Shown here in pieces: positions 29,491 to 39,205 of a stretch of DNA of 64,000 bases. Position 1 is the first letter of the stretch. Each line of letters starts with the position of its first letter. The notes beneath the pieces were generated by a model, which was not told the origin of the DNA, made no database searches, and saw only the letters and a list, made by a program, of their open reading frames with translations. The translations under genes were made by a program, and so were the position numbers. The stretch comes from an uncultured Chloroflexia bacterium (GTDB lineage Bacteria > Chloroflexota > Limnocylindria > Limnocylindrales > CSP1-4), in assembly GCA_963739885.1 (NCBI GenBank), contig CAVUCC010000001.1:206516-270515 (forward strand), read 5' to 3'.

Positions 29491-32400
29491 TCAGTTCCGG
29501 TGGATCGTCACCTCCCCCTGCACATCGCCCGACGCCTTGTAGATGGGCTCGTCTAGGTCTGGATCCGCGCCTGCCGCCCAGATCCTGATGATGAACCGGT
29601 CTGGCTGCGAGCCACCTCGCGTGTCGCCGTCCCTGGCATCGACGCGGAACGGGTAGTCGCCTGGTGCCCCGTCGATCGTCGCCAGCCCCTGGAACCGCGC
29701 CCAGTTCGAGTTGGTCACGACGAGCCAATCAAACCCACCCGCGGTCAGCTGGAAGCTCCCCACGTTGTAGTGGAAGGTCAGGTTGCCGCCCGGAACGGAA
29801 GACGACCCGTTCTTGTACTTGACGACGAACCCGAAGTTGGCGTGCGAGGTTCCGTCGATCCCGGGCAGCAGGTCACCTCCGTCGGAGGTGCTGCCGCCGG
29901 GCACGATCCAGCCACCGCCGGTCGCGAACCCACCACTCGGGTCGTAGACGACGACGTACCGGAAGGCTGCGCTCGCCGACTGGCCGCTTGGGTCGACCAC
30001 CTCAACCGAGGCGGTGTAGACGCCCGGTTGCGCATAGACGTGATCCCCGGTCGCGGCCGTCGTGCCCGATGCCGGGTCGATCTCGATCGACCCGGTGGAG
30101 GTCACACCGTCCCCCCAGTCGACGGTCACCACGTGGTCGTCGAGCGTCCCCGCATCCGCCACCGGTGCTTGCACGGTCGCCGTGGTGCCGACCGGCAGCG
30201 GCCCATCGGGACCGGTGGCCGGGCCCAGGACCGGACCCGGAACCCCGACGATCCACTCGCTCGCCTCGGAGGTGAGCACGACGAGCTGGATGTCGCCGTC
30301 GGGGAGCAGCGCTCGGTCGAACACGCAGGGATCGGGCGACGCCTGACCGGAGGCATCGTTGCAGTCGACGACCGCCACACCGTTGCGGAACACGACGACG
30401 GTCGACGGGTCGTCGCCCATGGGCACGGTGCTGGCATCAATGCGGAACAAGAGCTGCAGCGGGTCGGCCGCCGTCGCGGCCGGGGCAGAGATCGTGACCA
30501 CCTGGCCCAGGATGCCGTAGCCGTCCGGTGGCGGACCGCCGGTCCCGGTAGCGTCGATCGAGACCGTCCCGGCGACCGGGGTCGTGACGCCGGCGACGAC
30601 CGGGTCCGACGGGGTGGCGCCCGAGCCCGTGTCCGTAGTCATGGTCCCGCCGGCCGGCACGGAGCCCGTCGGGTTTGGCCCGCCCGGCTCGATCCTGAGC
30701 GCCACGTCGCGAGTGAAATCCGGCAGCGGGATCGTTAGCGTGCCGCCGCTGGCCGTCGCGACGAACGGCGCCTGCCACGTCCCGGCGCCATACGGATCGA
30801 ACACGCCGACCAGCCAGGTTCCGTCGCCGAAGCCCGACATCGCGATCGTCGCGCCCGAGATGACGCGACCGGCCAGGTCACCCGGTCTTGACCCCGTCCC
30901 GTAGGCATTCTGGGCGTCGCGGACCCACGCGTAGCCAACCGAGCCGTTGTCCAGCCCGAGCGCGATGACGGCGGCCGGGGCGCTGATCGTGGAGTCGTGG
31001 AGCCCGAGCGCCGCCGGGTCCTGTCCGGCGAAGAACGTCTGCAGGGCCGGGAAGACCTGCTCGTACACCGGGAATCCCGGCGCGGTGCGGTGCTCGGTCG
31101 GGTTGGAGAAGAGGTACTCACCCCACCACCACGACATCGCGCCTGAGCGGGACATCGCCGCCGCCCAGGCCGCATTGTGCAGGTGTGTCCCCTCCTCGAG
31201 ATGCTCTCGCAGGTCCTGGGAGAGGGTGGAGGTCGTGGGGTCGAAGTGGCGCTCGGGATCCGACGCCAGCCCAAACTCGCCCACGATCACCGGCTTGCCG
31301 TATGCGGCCTGCAGGTCGCCGACCTCCTGGCGGAGCCGCGTGTCCTGGGTGGCCGAGGCACCGTAGTCGTGCACCTGCACCAGGTTGATGTTGGGGTCGG
31401 TCCAGATGCCGTCGAGGGAGCTGTCGGGCGCCGCGCTGGTGGTGATCAGGTGGTGGTACGGATCGATGCTCTCGAGGTACGCGGCCATCTCCTGGTGCCA
31501 GGCGGCGATGGCGTCGCGCACGGCGGCGTTGTTGCCCGGATTGACCGCGTCGGTGCCCACGGACTGGACCTCGTTGAACAGCTCCCAGGCAAGGACGTTG
31601 CGGAACGCGCCGTAGCGGGCGACGAGGTAGCGCAGCCGCTGCTTGAACAGGCGCTTCGCCTCCGGATTGGTGAAGAAGTCGGTGGGCGTGGCCGCCGGCA
31701 CGGGGCCGCCGTGGGCAGTGCTGTAAGGGTTGTCGGCCCAGCGTCCATCCACGTAGGTGCTGAATTGGCCGTGGTCGTTGAGCACCAGCTGCACCTGGAG
31801 CCCGTGCTCGTCGGCGAGCTCGAGCGCCTGGTCGATGCGGAACGCCGAGACCTGCGAGTATTGGCCGACGCCCGTGTACAGCCCGGACCAGTGGTTGGTC
31901 GACCACTCGAGCGCGTCGCGATTGAAGTCGGTCATCCAGACCCGCGTCCAGTTCTCGCCGGCCGTCTCCATCGAGGCGAACAATGGGTCGAAGTAGTGAC
32001 CGCCGTCGGCGTCGGGATTGCCGTCCTGAAAGGCGACGTCGTTCCCCATCGGGACGTACGGCGTGCCGTCCTCGTACCGGAGCATCAGCGGGTCTGTCGG
32101 GTCCTCGCCCACCTCGCCATGTGTGCTGGGCGAGGTGGCATCGAAGCTGAGCGGGACGGAGACGACCGTCGCCACAGAGGGCGGGATCTTGTCCTCGGCG
32201 CGAAGGGTGTACGTGTACGTGCCCACCTCGTCTGGCGAGAACCGGACGCGCCAGACGCCAGGTCGCGGCGGGCTCATCGGCACCGGATCGTAGATCTCGC
32301 TGCTCCCCACCCCGGTGCCGGCCCGGACCGTGTAGTCGACCGTCCAGTAGGCCGGCACGCTGATCTGGGTACCGCTCGGAGCGGTGAACGTTGCGCTGAC

Positions 32401-34137
32401 GTCGATCCGGCGGGAATCGAAGACGTCGAGGTTGTAGTAGCGGCTCAGGTTGAACGTCTTCTCGAAGAGGCCGTACTTCTGCACGCTCGCGGCTGCTGGG
32501 ACCGAGGTGTCGATCGTGAGCGGCGTCACGTACTCGAAGTCGAACGCGGAGCCGGCGATCGGAGACGATGCGGTGAGTGTCTGGTCCCAGCAGACCGAGT
32601 CATGGAGGTACCAGTCGGTGGGGATCCCAACGACGCACGCGGTGTAGGTTGCGTCGAGGTCGAGCGGCGACAGCGACACGATCCCCGGATCGGAGTCCTG
32701 GTCGTTCGCGTCGCCGTCCGTCACGGTGAGCGAGTAGCCGTTGGTGCCGGTGACGCTGTAGGTCACGCCGTCGAGCGTGCCGCCCTGCACACGCAGCGCG
32801 GTCATCGAGAGGGTGCCGCTCGAGGGCGTCGGGCTCGGTCCCCCGCCACCGGAGGGCTGGGAGGTGATGGCGACGTCGCCGGCTTGGAGCGGGTCGCCGG
32901 GGAGGGTCTGCGCACCGAGGCAGCCGAACGGCTCGATCGTGTCGTACGCGTTGACCTCTACGGTGTCGCCGGCTCCCGCGAGGCCGCCGTCCACGAGGAA
33001 GATGGTGGCGTATCCGTAGCTGGTCCCGCCGTACGGCCAGTCGCCGCGCCCGATGAGCATCGCCGTCGAGCCCCGGATGTCGAGGCACACGACGTCGCCC
33101 GAAAGCGAGAAGCCCTGGCTCTCGCTGACCGAGAAGGTGCCGCTGACCGTGCCCGACTCATCACGCGTGGCGTCGACGTCGAGCGTCCGCGTGTACCCGG
33201 AGCCGAGGTCGGTCTGCGCACCGTCGACGACCACGTGGCCCGTGTCCGAGGTCCCGGTTCGGATCGTGATCTGGCCGTCGGCGATCGAGGTCTCGCCGGG
33301 ATCGGCGGCGCCGCAGTCGGGCGGCGCCATGTTGGTCGGACCATCGAACGCGATCGTGTCCGGGTTGCCGTCGAGGTCGCCGTCGGTCGCCCAGATCGTC
33401 ACGTACAGCGGGCCGTAGCCGACGTCGGGTGCGGCTCCGCCCAGCACGAACGAGGACCCATTGACCACGAGGCAGGTCACATCGCCGCTCGCGGAGCTCC
33501 CGAAGGGCGGGTAGATCGCGAACGTGCCCGAGATCGTCCCGCTGCCGTCGTCAACGGCGGCAAACCGGAACGATCCGAAGGAGCCCCCGAGGTTGACGTC
33601 ACCGTCGCCCACCACGCTGACCGGTGCTCCGCTCCCCGAGCCGCTCCCGATCGAGATCGAGATGTCGCCGCCGACGAGGGGCAGGACGCTGGAGCTCGGC
33701 GACCCGGCGCAGTCCGCGGGGCCGCCCGGGGTCGGTCCGTCCACTCCGATGGTGTCGGTCGTGGCCGTGAGGGCGCCGTCGGTCACGAACAGCTCGACGT
33801 ATTCCGTGCCGTAGGAGGCGTCGAATCCGCTGCCACCGATCACCGCGGTGTTGCCGCTCACCACAAGGCAGGTGACGGAACCGCTGAGCGGCGCGGGACC
33901 ACCAACGTCGAAGGTCCCCGACACGTTGCCGGCACCGTCGTCCGTCGCCGTGAACGAGAACGAGAGGTAGCCGTCGAGCATGCCTGTGCCAGGTCCGTTG
34001 GGCTCGACCTCGCCGGATCCGGTGATCGTGACGGGTGAGGCAGCCATCGCGTGCGGCGTGAGCGCCCAGGAGCCCAGCACCAGCGTGACCACGCCAAGGA
34101 GAATCCAGAGACCGCTCCACTGGGACGCCCGACGCAT
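29491..34137 (-). CDS. giant secreted multidomain protein: signal peptide, 3 copies of a novel ~130-aa repeat, DUF5060-like beta-sandwich, GH5-family TIM-barrel glycoside hydrolase, Ig-like region, PKD domain and a 4th repeat copy
   Basis: SD GGGAGG plus ATG at 34137. Signal peptide MRRASQWSGLWILLGVVTLVLGSWALTPHAMAA. GH5 catalytic motifs LAWELFNEVQ (acid/base) and PVIVGEFG (nucleophile). PKD motif VDWGDGVTSTG...HVYAQPGVYTASVEV. The repeats share ...DDG(A/S)G.(V/I)SGTF....G.V.CL.V.G... The 4.6-kb frame is uninterrupted. Confidence 0.85.
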   Translation of the reverse strand: MRRASQWSGLWILLGVVTLVLGSWALTPHAMAASPVTITGSGEVEPNGPGTGMLDGYLSFSFTATDDGAGNVSGTFDVGGPAPLSGSVTCLVVSGNTAVIGGSGFDASYGTEYVELFVTDGALTATTDTIGVDGPTPGGPADCAGSPSSSVLPLVGGDISISIGSGSGSGAPVSVVGDGDVNLGGSFGSFRFAAVDDGSGTISGTFAIYPPFGSSASGDVTCLVVNGSSFVLGGAAPDVGYGPLYVTIWATDGDLDGNPDTIAFDGPTNMAPPDCGAADPGETSIADGQITIRTGTSDTGHVVVDGAQTDLGSGYTRTLDVDATRDESGTVSGTFSVSESQGFSLSGDVVCLDIRGSTAMLIGRGDWPYGGTSYGYATIFLVDGGLAGAGDTVEVNAYDTIEPFGCLGAQTLPGDPLQAGDVAITSQPSGGGGPSPTPSSGTLSMTALRVQGGTLDGVTYSVTGTNGYSLTVTDGDANDQDSDPGIVSLSPLDLDATYTACVVGIPTDWYLHDSVCWDQTLTASSPIAGSAFDFEYVTPLTIDTSVPAAASVQKYGLFEKTFNLSRYYNLDVFDSRRIDVSATFTAPSGTQISVPAYWTVDYTVRAGTGVGSSEIYDPVPMSPPRPGVWRVRFSPDEVGTYTYTLRAEDKIPPSVATVVSVPLSFDATSPSTHGEVGEDPTDPLMLRYEDGTPYVPMGNDVAFQDGNPDADGGHYFDPLFASMETAGENWTRVWMTDFNRDALEWSTNHWSGLYTGVGQYSQVSAFRIDQALELADEHGLQVQLVLNDHGQFSTYVDGRWADNPYSTAHGGPVPAATPTDFFTNPEAKRLFKQRLRYLVARYGAFRNVLAWELFNEVQSVGTDAVNPGNNAAVRDAIAAWHQEMAAYLESIDPYHHLITTSAAPDSSLDGIWTDPNINLVQVHDYGASATQDTRLRQEVGDLQAAYGKPVIVGEFGLASDPERHFDPTTSTLSQDLREHLEEGTHLHNAAWAAAMSRSGAMSWWWGEYLFSNPTEHRTAPGFPVYEQVFPALQTFFAGQDPAALGLHDSTISAPAAVIALGLDNGSVGYAWVRDAQNAYGTGSRPGDLAGRVISGATIAMSGFGDGTWLVGVFDPYGAGTWQAPFVATASGGTLTIPLPDFTRDVALRIEPGGPNPTGSVPAGGTMTTDTGSGATPSDPVVAGVTTPVAGTVSIDATGTGGPPPDGYGILGQVVTISAPAATAADPLQLLFRIDASTVPMGDDPSTVVVFRNGVAVVDCNDASGQASPDPCVFDRALLPDGDIQLVVLTSEASEWIVGVPGPVLGPATGPDGPLPVGTTATVQAPVADAGTLDDHVVTVDWGDGVTSTGSIEIDPASGTTAATGDHVYAQPGVYTASVEVVDPSGQSASAAFRYVVVYDPSGGFATGGGWIVPGGSTSDGGDLLPGIDGTSHANFGFVVKYKNGSSSVPGGNLTFHYNVGSFQLTAGGFDWLVVTNSNWARFQGLATIDGAPGDYPFRVDARDGDTRGGSQPDRFIIRIWAAGADPDLDEPIYKASGDVQGEVTIHRN

Positions 34138-34552
34138 CGATCCCTCCCGGAGCCGGCCCGCAAGCCGGCTCGGCGAACGTCGAGGCCGGGCTCGCCATTG
34201 GCTCGACGCGGGGCGGTTGGGCGACCGTGGGACACCCCGCGCGTCGACGCTGCCTCGACGGATGCCCGTTTCTACTCGCCCGAGGACCGTCGCGTCAACC
34301 CCTCGTCCGGCCGCCGATCGCCTCGATCTTGGCTCGCGACGGCATCCCCGAACTCGATCGCCCGCCCTCAAGGCTAAATCGTGGTGGTGACCGGACGCAC
34401 CGGGAACGGAATCGGCGACGCCTCGCGGCACGGGCTCGACGCTGCCCTCTCTTCCCGCGGTGAGTTGTCGCACTCCGGGGACCCCGCGCCGAACGAGCGG
34501 CACCGCAGGCGGGCCGCTCAACCGGGCCGTGGCGCATGCGCTCGGACACGAA

Positions 34553-34582
34553 GCGGCCCCGGAGCCCTGGCTCCGGGGCCGC
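34553..34582. terminator. hairpin after dihydropyrimidinase, copy 2 of the repeated palindrome
   Basis: gcggccccggagcc-ct-ggctccggggccgc, nearly identical to the hairpin at 28949-28977. Confidence 0.55.
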
Positions 34583-34599
34583 CGTGACAGCAGCGATGA

Positions 34600-35988
34600 T
34601 CAGCGCAGGAACGCGCTGCGCTCCCGCTTGATGAACCTGCCGTCGCCCGCCTGGCCCAGCCACTGGCCGTTCTCGACCACGACTTTGCCGTGCGACATGA
34701 CCACGTCCGAGCCGCCCTGTACGACCTTGCCCTCGTAGCAGCTGTAGTCGACGTCCATGTGGTGCGTCTTGGCGCTGAGCGTGTGCTTGCGGTTCGGGTC
34801 GTACACCAGCAGGTCAGCGTCGTAGCCGACGGCAACGGCGCCCTTGTGGGTGAGGCCGAAGATCCTGGCCGCCGCGGTCGAGGTGATCTCGACGAACCGG
34901 TTGGGCGTGATCCGCCCGGCGACAACGCCGCCGTCGTGGATCAGGTCGACCCGCTCCTCGACCCCGGGGACCCCGTTCGGGATCTTGCGGAAGTCCCCCC
35001 GGCCCATCTCCTTCTGGCCGTGGAAGTCGAACGGGCAATGGTCGGTTCCAACCAGGGAGAGGTTGCCCCTGACCAGGCCCTTCCAGAGCTCCTCCTGGTG
35101 CCCGGCGCTGCGGTCCCGCATCGGCGGCGAGCACACGAACTTGGCACCCTCGAAACCGTTGCGCAGGTCGTCGAGCGACAGGAACAGGTACTGCGGGCAG
35201 GTCTCGGCGAACGCCGGCAGGCCGTCGTTCTGCGCGGCGCGGAGGACGTTGAGCGCCTCCTTCGCCGACATGTGGACGAAGTACACCGGCGCCTTGGCCG
35301 CCTGGGCAAGCCGGATCACCCGGTTGGTCGCCTCGCCCTCGAAGATGGAGTAGCGAGCCAGCCCGTGACCGATCGGGTCGGTGGTGCCCTGCTCGACGAG
35401 CTCGGCCGCGACGACATCGATCACGGGGCCGTTCTCGGCGTGCATCAGGACCATGCCGCCGTTCCTGGCGGTCTGCTTGAGCGCCTTGAAGATCGCGTCG
35501 TCGCCGCTCAGGAACACTCCCGGGTAGGCCGTGAACAGCTTGAACGTGGTGACGCCCTCGTCGACCAGCTCGTCCATCTCGGACAGCAGGTCGTCCCGCA
35601 TGTCGGACACGATCACGTGGAACGCGTAGTCGATGCAGGCCTTGCCGTCGGCCTTCTCGTGCCACGTGGCCAGACCGTCCCGGAACGACCCGCCACGCGG
35701 CTGGACCGCGAAGTCGATGATCGTCGTGGTGCCACCGAAGGCCGCAGCCCGGGTGCCGGTCTCGAAGGTGTCCTTGGCGAAGGTGCCGCCGAACGGCAGC
35801 TCCATGTGGGTGTGCGGGTCGATCCCGCCGGGGATCACCCACTTGCCGGTCGCGTCGATCGTGCGGTCGGCAGGGACGTCGAGCCTCTCGCCGATCATCG
35901 CGATCCGCTCGCCGTCGACGAGGACATCGCCCTTGGTGGTGGCGTCGGCGTTGACGATCGTTCCGCCCTTGAACAGCGTGCGCATCAT
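34600..35988 (-). CDS. hydA: dihydropyrimidinase (D-hydantoinase)
   Basis: GGIDPHTHM, a lysine-carboxylation region and VGTDHCPF motifs of the cyclic amidohydrolase family. 462 aa. Confidence 0.85.
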   Translation of the reverse strand: MMRTLFKGGTIVNADATTKGDVLVDGERIAMIGERLDVPADRTIDATGKWVIPGGIDPHTHMELPFGGTFAKDTFETGTRAAAFGGTTTIIDFAVQPRGGSFRDGLATWHEKADGKACIDYAFHVIVSDMRDDLLSEMDELVDEGVTTFKLFTAYPGVFLSGDDAIFKALKQTARNGGMVLMHAENGPVIDVVAAELVEQGTTDPIGHGLARYSIFEGEATNRVIRLAQAAKAPVYFVHMSAKEALNVLRAAQNDGLPAFAETCPQYLFLSLDDLRNGFEGAKFVCSPPMRDRSAGHQEELWKGLVRGNLSLVGTDHCPFDFHGQKEMGRGDFRKIPNGVPGVEERVDLIHDGGVVAGRITPNRFVEITSTAAARIFGLTHKGAVAVGYDADLLVYDPNRKHTLSAKTHHMDVDYSCYEGKVVQGGSDVVMSHGKVVVENGQWLGQAGDGRFIKRERSAFLR

Positions 35989-36056
35989 TCCTCCTCGGTA
36001 GCCGCCTGCAGGCGGACCGTCTCAGGGACGCGTTCGGACTCCGGACGGTGACCTGA

Positions 36057-36908
36057 TCAGGGCTTGATGAGGTCACCGTACATCTCGGGCCGGCGATCGC
36101 GGTAGAACTGCCAGGTCTGGCGGACCTTGCTGACCAGGTCCAGATCGAGATCGCGCACGATGAGCTCCTCGTCGCGGGGGGAGCCCACGGCGCCCACGAA
36201 CTGGCCCAGCGGGTCGCAGAAGTAGCTCTGGCCGTAGAAGTCGTCGTCGCCGATGTCGGCCTCGATGCCAACCCGGTTGATGGTGCCCACGAAGTAGCCG
36301 TTGGCGAGCGAGTGGGACACCTGCTCCACCCGCCACAGGTACTCCGAGAGGCCCCGGCTGGTGGCGCTCGGGATGAGCACGATCTCGGCGCCGTTGAGAC
36401 CCAGCGCCCGGGCGCCTTCCGGGAAGTGGCGGTCGTAGCAGATGTACACGCCCACCTTGCCCACCGCGGTCTGGAACACCGGGTAGCCGAGGTTGCCCGG
36501 GCGGAAGTAGAACTTCTCCCAGAACCCGGCCACGTGCGGGATGTGGGTCTTGCGGTACTTGCCCAGGTAGGTGCCGTCGGCATCGATCACGGCCGCGGTG
36601 TTGTAGTAGATGCCCGAGGTCTGGCTGTCCTCCTCGTACATCGGGACCACCAGCACCATGCCGGTCTCTTTGGCCAGCGCACACATCCGGGCGGTCGTGG
36701 GCCCGTCGGGGATCAGCTCGGTGTAGCTGTAGTAGGTCTTGTCCTGGACCTGGCAGAAGTAGGGGCCGTAGAACAGCTCCTGGAACAGCATCAGCTGGGC
36801 GCCGGCCTTGGCCGCCTCGTGCGCATAGCCCTCGTGCTTCTGGATCATCGACTCCTTGTCGCCGGTCCAGGTCGCCTGCAGGAGCGCGCCACGGACGATA
36901 CGGGGCAT
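36057..36908 (-). CDS. beta-ureidopropionase / N-carbamoyl-amidohydrolase of the nitrilase (CN-hydrolase) superfamily
   Basis: Catalytic E-K-C triad context (LMLFQELF, RKTHIP, ICYDRHFPE). SD GGAGG upstream of the ATG at 36908. Confidence 0.8.
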   Translation of the reverse strand: MPRIVRGALLQATWTGDKESMIQKHEGYAHEAAKAGAQLMLFQELFYGPYFCQVQDKTYYSYTELIPDGPTTARMCALAKETGMVLVVPMYEEDSQTSGIYYNTAAVIDADGTYLGKYRKTHIPHVAGFWEKFYFRPGNLGYPVFQTAVGKVGVYICYDRHFPEGARALGLNGAEIVLIPSATSRGLSEYLWRVEQVSHSLANGYFVGTINRVGIEADIGDDDFYGQSYFCDPLGQFVGAVGSPRDEELIVRDLDLDLVSKVRQTWQFYRDRRPEMYGDLIKP

Positions 36909-37132
36909 CGGGGACCTCCACATCGGAAAAGCCGGGGACCATGCGGCCGCCCGCCAACTGGACCATAGACTCGTCCGAGAGGCACTGGGTCGCATGAGCC
37001 GGAGGAAACGAAGGTTGGGGAATCGCGGCCCTGCTACCGGGCGCGGTCGTCCGGGCCCCGTTGGGCGTGACAGTCCCGAATGGGGTTGATCTTCGGGACG
37101 TCAGGCCCGTCTGTCGGGGGCCAGCCCGATGC

Positions 37133-37155
37133 TCTAATCTGCCAATATCTGCGAC
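37133..37155. promoter_or_regulatory. AT-rich island (ctctaatctgccaatatctg) in a high-GC divergent intergenic region upstream of the NCS1 permease; candidate promoter -10 region
   Basis: A local AT content drop visible in the sequence. It lies about 310 nt upstream of the permease start. Confidence 0.25.
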
Positions 37156-37462
37156 GCCCAGTCGCCCGAGGACGCTGAACCCGCCCATGGTGAATGCGCG
37201 CGACCGGCTGATCCCTGCCTTCGCGACTCGCCCCGACCGACGGTCGAGGGGGCCGCTTGGGAGCCCGTCCCCCTGCGCCGTCACCCGCGCCCCGATGGAC
37301 AGGTCCAGCTGATGTCCCGTTCGGTCCCCACGCTCCAGCGACCGTCCCGCAAGCCGGTAGCCCTACCGGCTGATCCTGACCGGTCGCCAGGGCGTGCCGT
37401 CCTAGGCCGTCGCCAGGCCATCGGTGCGCGGCACCGTCAGACCCCATAGCGGAGGAGGGTTC

Positions 37463-39085
37463 ATGGCAGGGGTAGCACAGGAGCAGATCGTCCGTCCGGA
37501 CGGTCGAGTCGAGCTCGATCCGGCCGTCGATGCGGCCCTGGACGCCTCGGCGCTGCACAACGAGGACCTGGCCCCGGTTCCGATCGCCAAGCGGACCTGG
37601 ACCACCTACAACTACCTGGCCCTGTGGATCGGGATGTCGCACAACATCCCCACCTGGGGCCTGGCCGCTGGCCTGGTCGCGCTCGGGATGGCCTGGTACC
37701 AGGCGATCTTCACGATCATGCTCGCCAACATCATCGTCCTTGCCCCGATGCTGCTGAACAGCCACGCCGGGACGAAGTACGGCATCCCCTACCCGGTGTT
37801 CGCCCGGGCCTCGTTCGGGGTCTACGGGGCCAACCTGGCGGCGCTGCTCCGTGCGGGCATTGCCTGCGGCTGGTTCGGGATCCAGACGTGGATCGGCGGC
37901 GAAGCCGTGTGGACGGTCATCGGGGCGATCTTTGGCGCGAACTCGTGGTGGCTCACCGCCGACAAGCTCCAGATCGGCTTCGGCAATGCGCAGCCGTGGA
38001 CGCTGTGGCTGAGCTTCGCCATCTTCTGGCTCCTCCAGATCTCGATCATCTACCGGGGCATGGACGCCGTGCGCCGGTTCGAGAACTGGGCAGCCCCGTT
38101 CGTCCTGGTCGTCGCGTTCTTCCTGCTCATCTGGATGTGGGCCCAGGCCGGCGGCCTCGGCGACCTCATCCAGGACAACGGCACCCTGGGCTGGGGCAGC
38201 AACTTCTGGCTGATCTTCTTCCCGTCGCTGATGGGCATGATCGCCTTCTGGTCGACGCTGTCTCTGAACATGCCCGACTTCACCCGGTTCGGAAGGAGCC
38301 AGCGGAGCCAGGCGATCGGCCAGACCCTCGGCCTGCCGACCACGATGACGCTGTTCCCGCTCATCGCGGTGCTCGTCACGTCGGCGACCAAGACCGTCTA
38401 CGGCGAGTACATCTGGGATCCCGTCGCCCTGGTCGGCAAGTTCAACCAGAACGGCAGCATCCTCGAGATCCTCGTCGTGATCCTGGCGCTGGTCACGCTG
38501 AGCGTCGCGACCCTCTCGGTCAACGTCGCCGCGAACACGGTCAGCCCGTCCTACGACTTCTCGAATGCCTGGCCGAAGCGGATCTCGTTCCGCACCGGCA
38601 GCATCATCACCGGCGTCCTCGGGATCCTCATCCAGCCCTGGCTGCTGTACCAGGACCCGCACGTGTACATCTTCACCTGGCTGGGCTTCTACGGCGGCGC
38701 CACCGGCGCCATCGCCGGCGTGCTCATCGCCGACTACTGGCTGATCCGTCGGACGAACCTGAATCTGGCCGACCTGTACCGACCGTCCGGCATCTACCGG
38801 TACGTGAGCGGCTGGAACTGGCGGGCGGTGGTCGCGCTGCTGGTCGGCATGTTCGTCGCGTTGGGCGGCGCCTACTCGGCGACCAACGCCGACGGCTCGG
38901 CCAGCGGCCCGTTCCCGCCCGGCGGGATCTTGGGCTTCCTGCACGTCCAGCTGCCCTGGGGCGGCTACCTGTACGACTACAGCTGGGTTCTGGGCCTGAT
39001 CGTGTCGTTCGTCCTCTACTGGGTGTTCACGCGCTTCGTGCCGCAGCGCGAAGCGACACCGACCGGCGCGGCGCAGCCGGCCTGA
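37463..39085 (+). CDS. NCS1-family nucleobase (uracil/cytosine/allantoin-type) permease
   Basis: 12-TM protein with NCS1 motifs (WIGMSHNIPTW, GNPFGLYG-like regions). Strong SD GGAGGAGGG before the ATG. Confidence 0.85.
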   Translation: MAGVAQEQIVRPDGRVELDPAVDAALDASALHNEDLAPVPIAKRTWTTYNYLALWIGMSHNIPTWGLAAGLVALGMAWYQAIFTIMLANIIVLAPMLLNSHAGTKYGIPYPVFARASFGVYGANLAALLRAGIACGWFGIQTWIGGEAVWTVIGAIFGANSWWLTADKLQIGFGNAQPWTLWLSFAIFWLLQISIIYRGMDAVRRFENWAAPFVLVVAFFLLIWMWAQAGGLGDLIQDNGTLGWGSNFWLIFFPSLMGMIAFWSTLSLNMPDFTRFGRSQRSQAIGQTLGLPTTMTLFPLIAVLVTSATKTVYGEYIWDPVALVGKFNQNGSILEILVVILALVTLSVATLSVNVAANTVSPSYDFSNAWPKRISFRTGSIITGVLGILIQPWLLYQDPHVYIFTWLGFYGGATGAIAGVLIADYWLIRRTNLNLADLYRPSGIYRYVSGWNWRAVVALLVGMFVALGGAYSATNADGSASGPFPPGGILGFLHVQLPWGGYLYDYSWVLGLIVSFVLYWVFTRFVPQREATPTGAAQPA

Positions 39086-39130
39086 GTCAACGGACCGGGC
39101 TCCGCCCGGATTTCCACGCGTCGCACGAGC

Positions 39131-39156
39131 GAGGCCCCTCCGCCCGGAGGGGCCTC
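39131..39156. terminator. bidirectional terminator-like hairpin between the convergent NCS1 permease and hypE
   Basis: gaggcccctccg-cc-cggaggggcctc, a perfect 12-bp stem. Confidence 0.5.
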
Positions 39157-39205
39157 GCCGATTGCCTGAGTCATGTCGCCACACGACCGCACAGGTCAGG
39201 GGCGA

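Noticed and set aside
31177-34038. 953-aa + strand ORF
   Set aside because: Antisense to the giant secreted-protein gene, which has strong domain and signal-peptide support. A shadow ORF.
34814-36583. 589-aa minus-strand ORF and 453-aa + ORF overlapping the dihydropyrimidinase gene
   Set aside because: Alternative-frame or antisense reading of a clearly identified enzyme gene.
37034-39184. 716-aa minus-strand ORF
   Set aside because: Antisense to the NCS1 permease, with no motifs.
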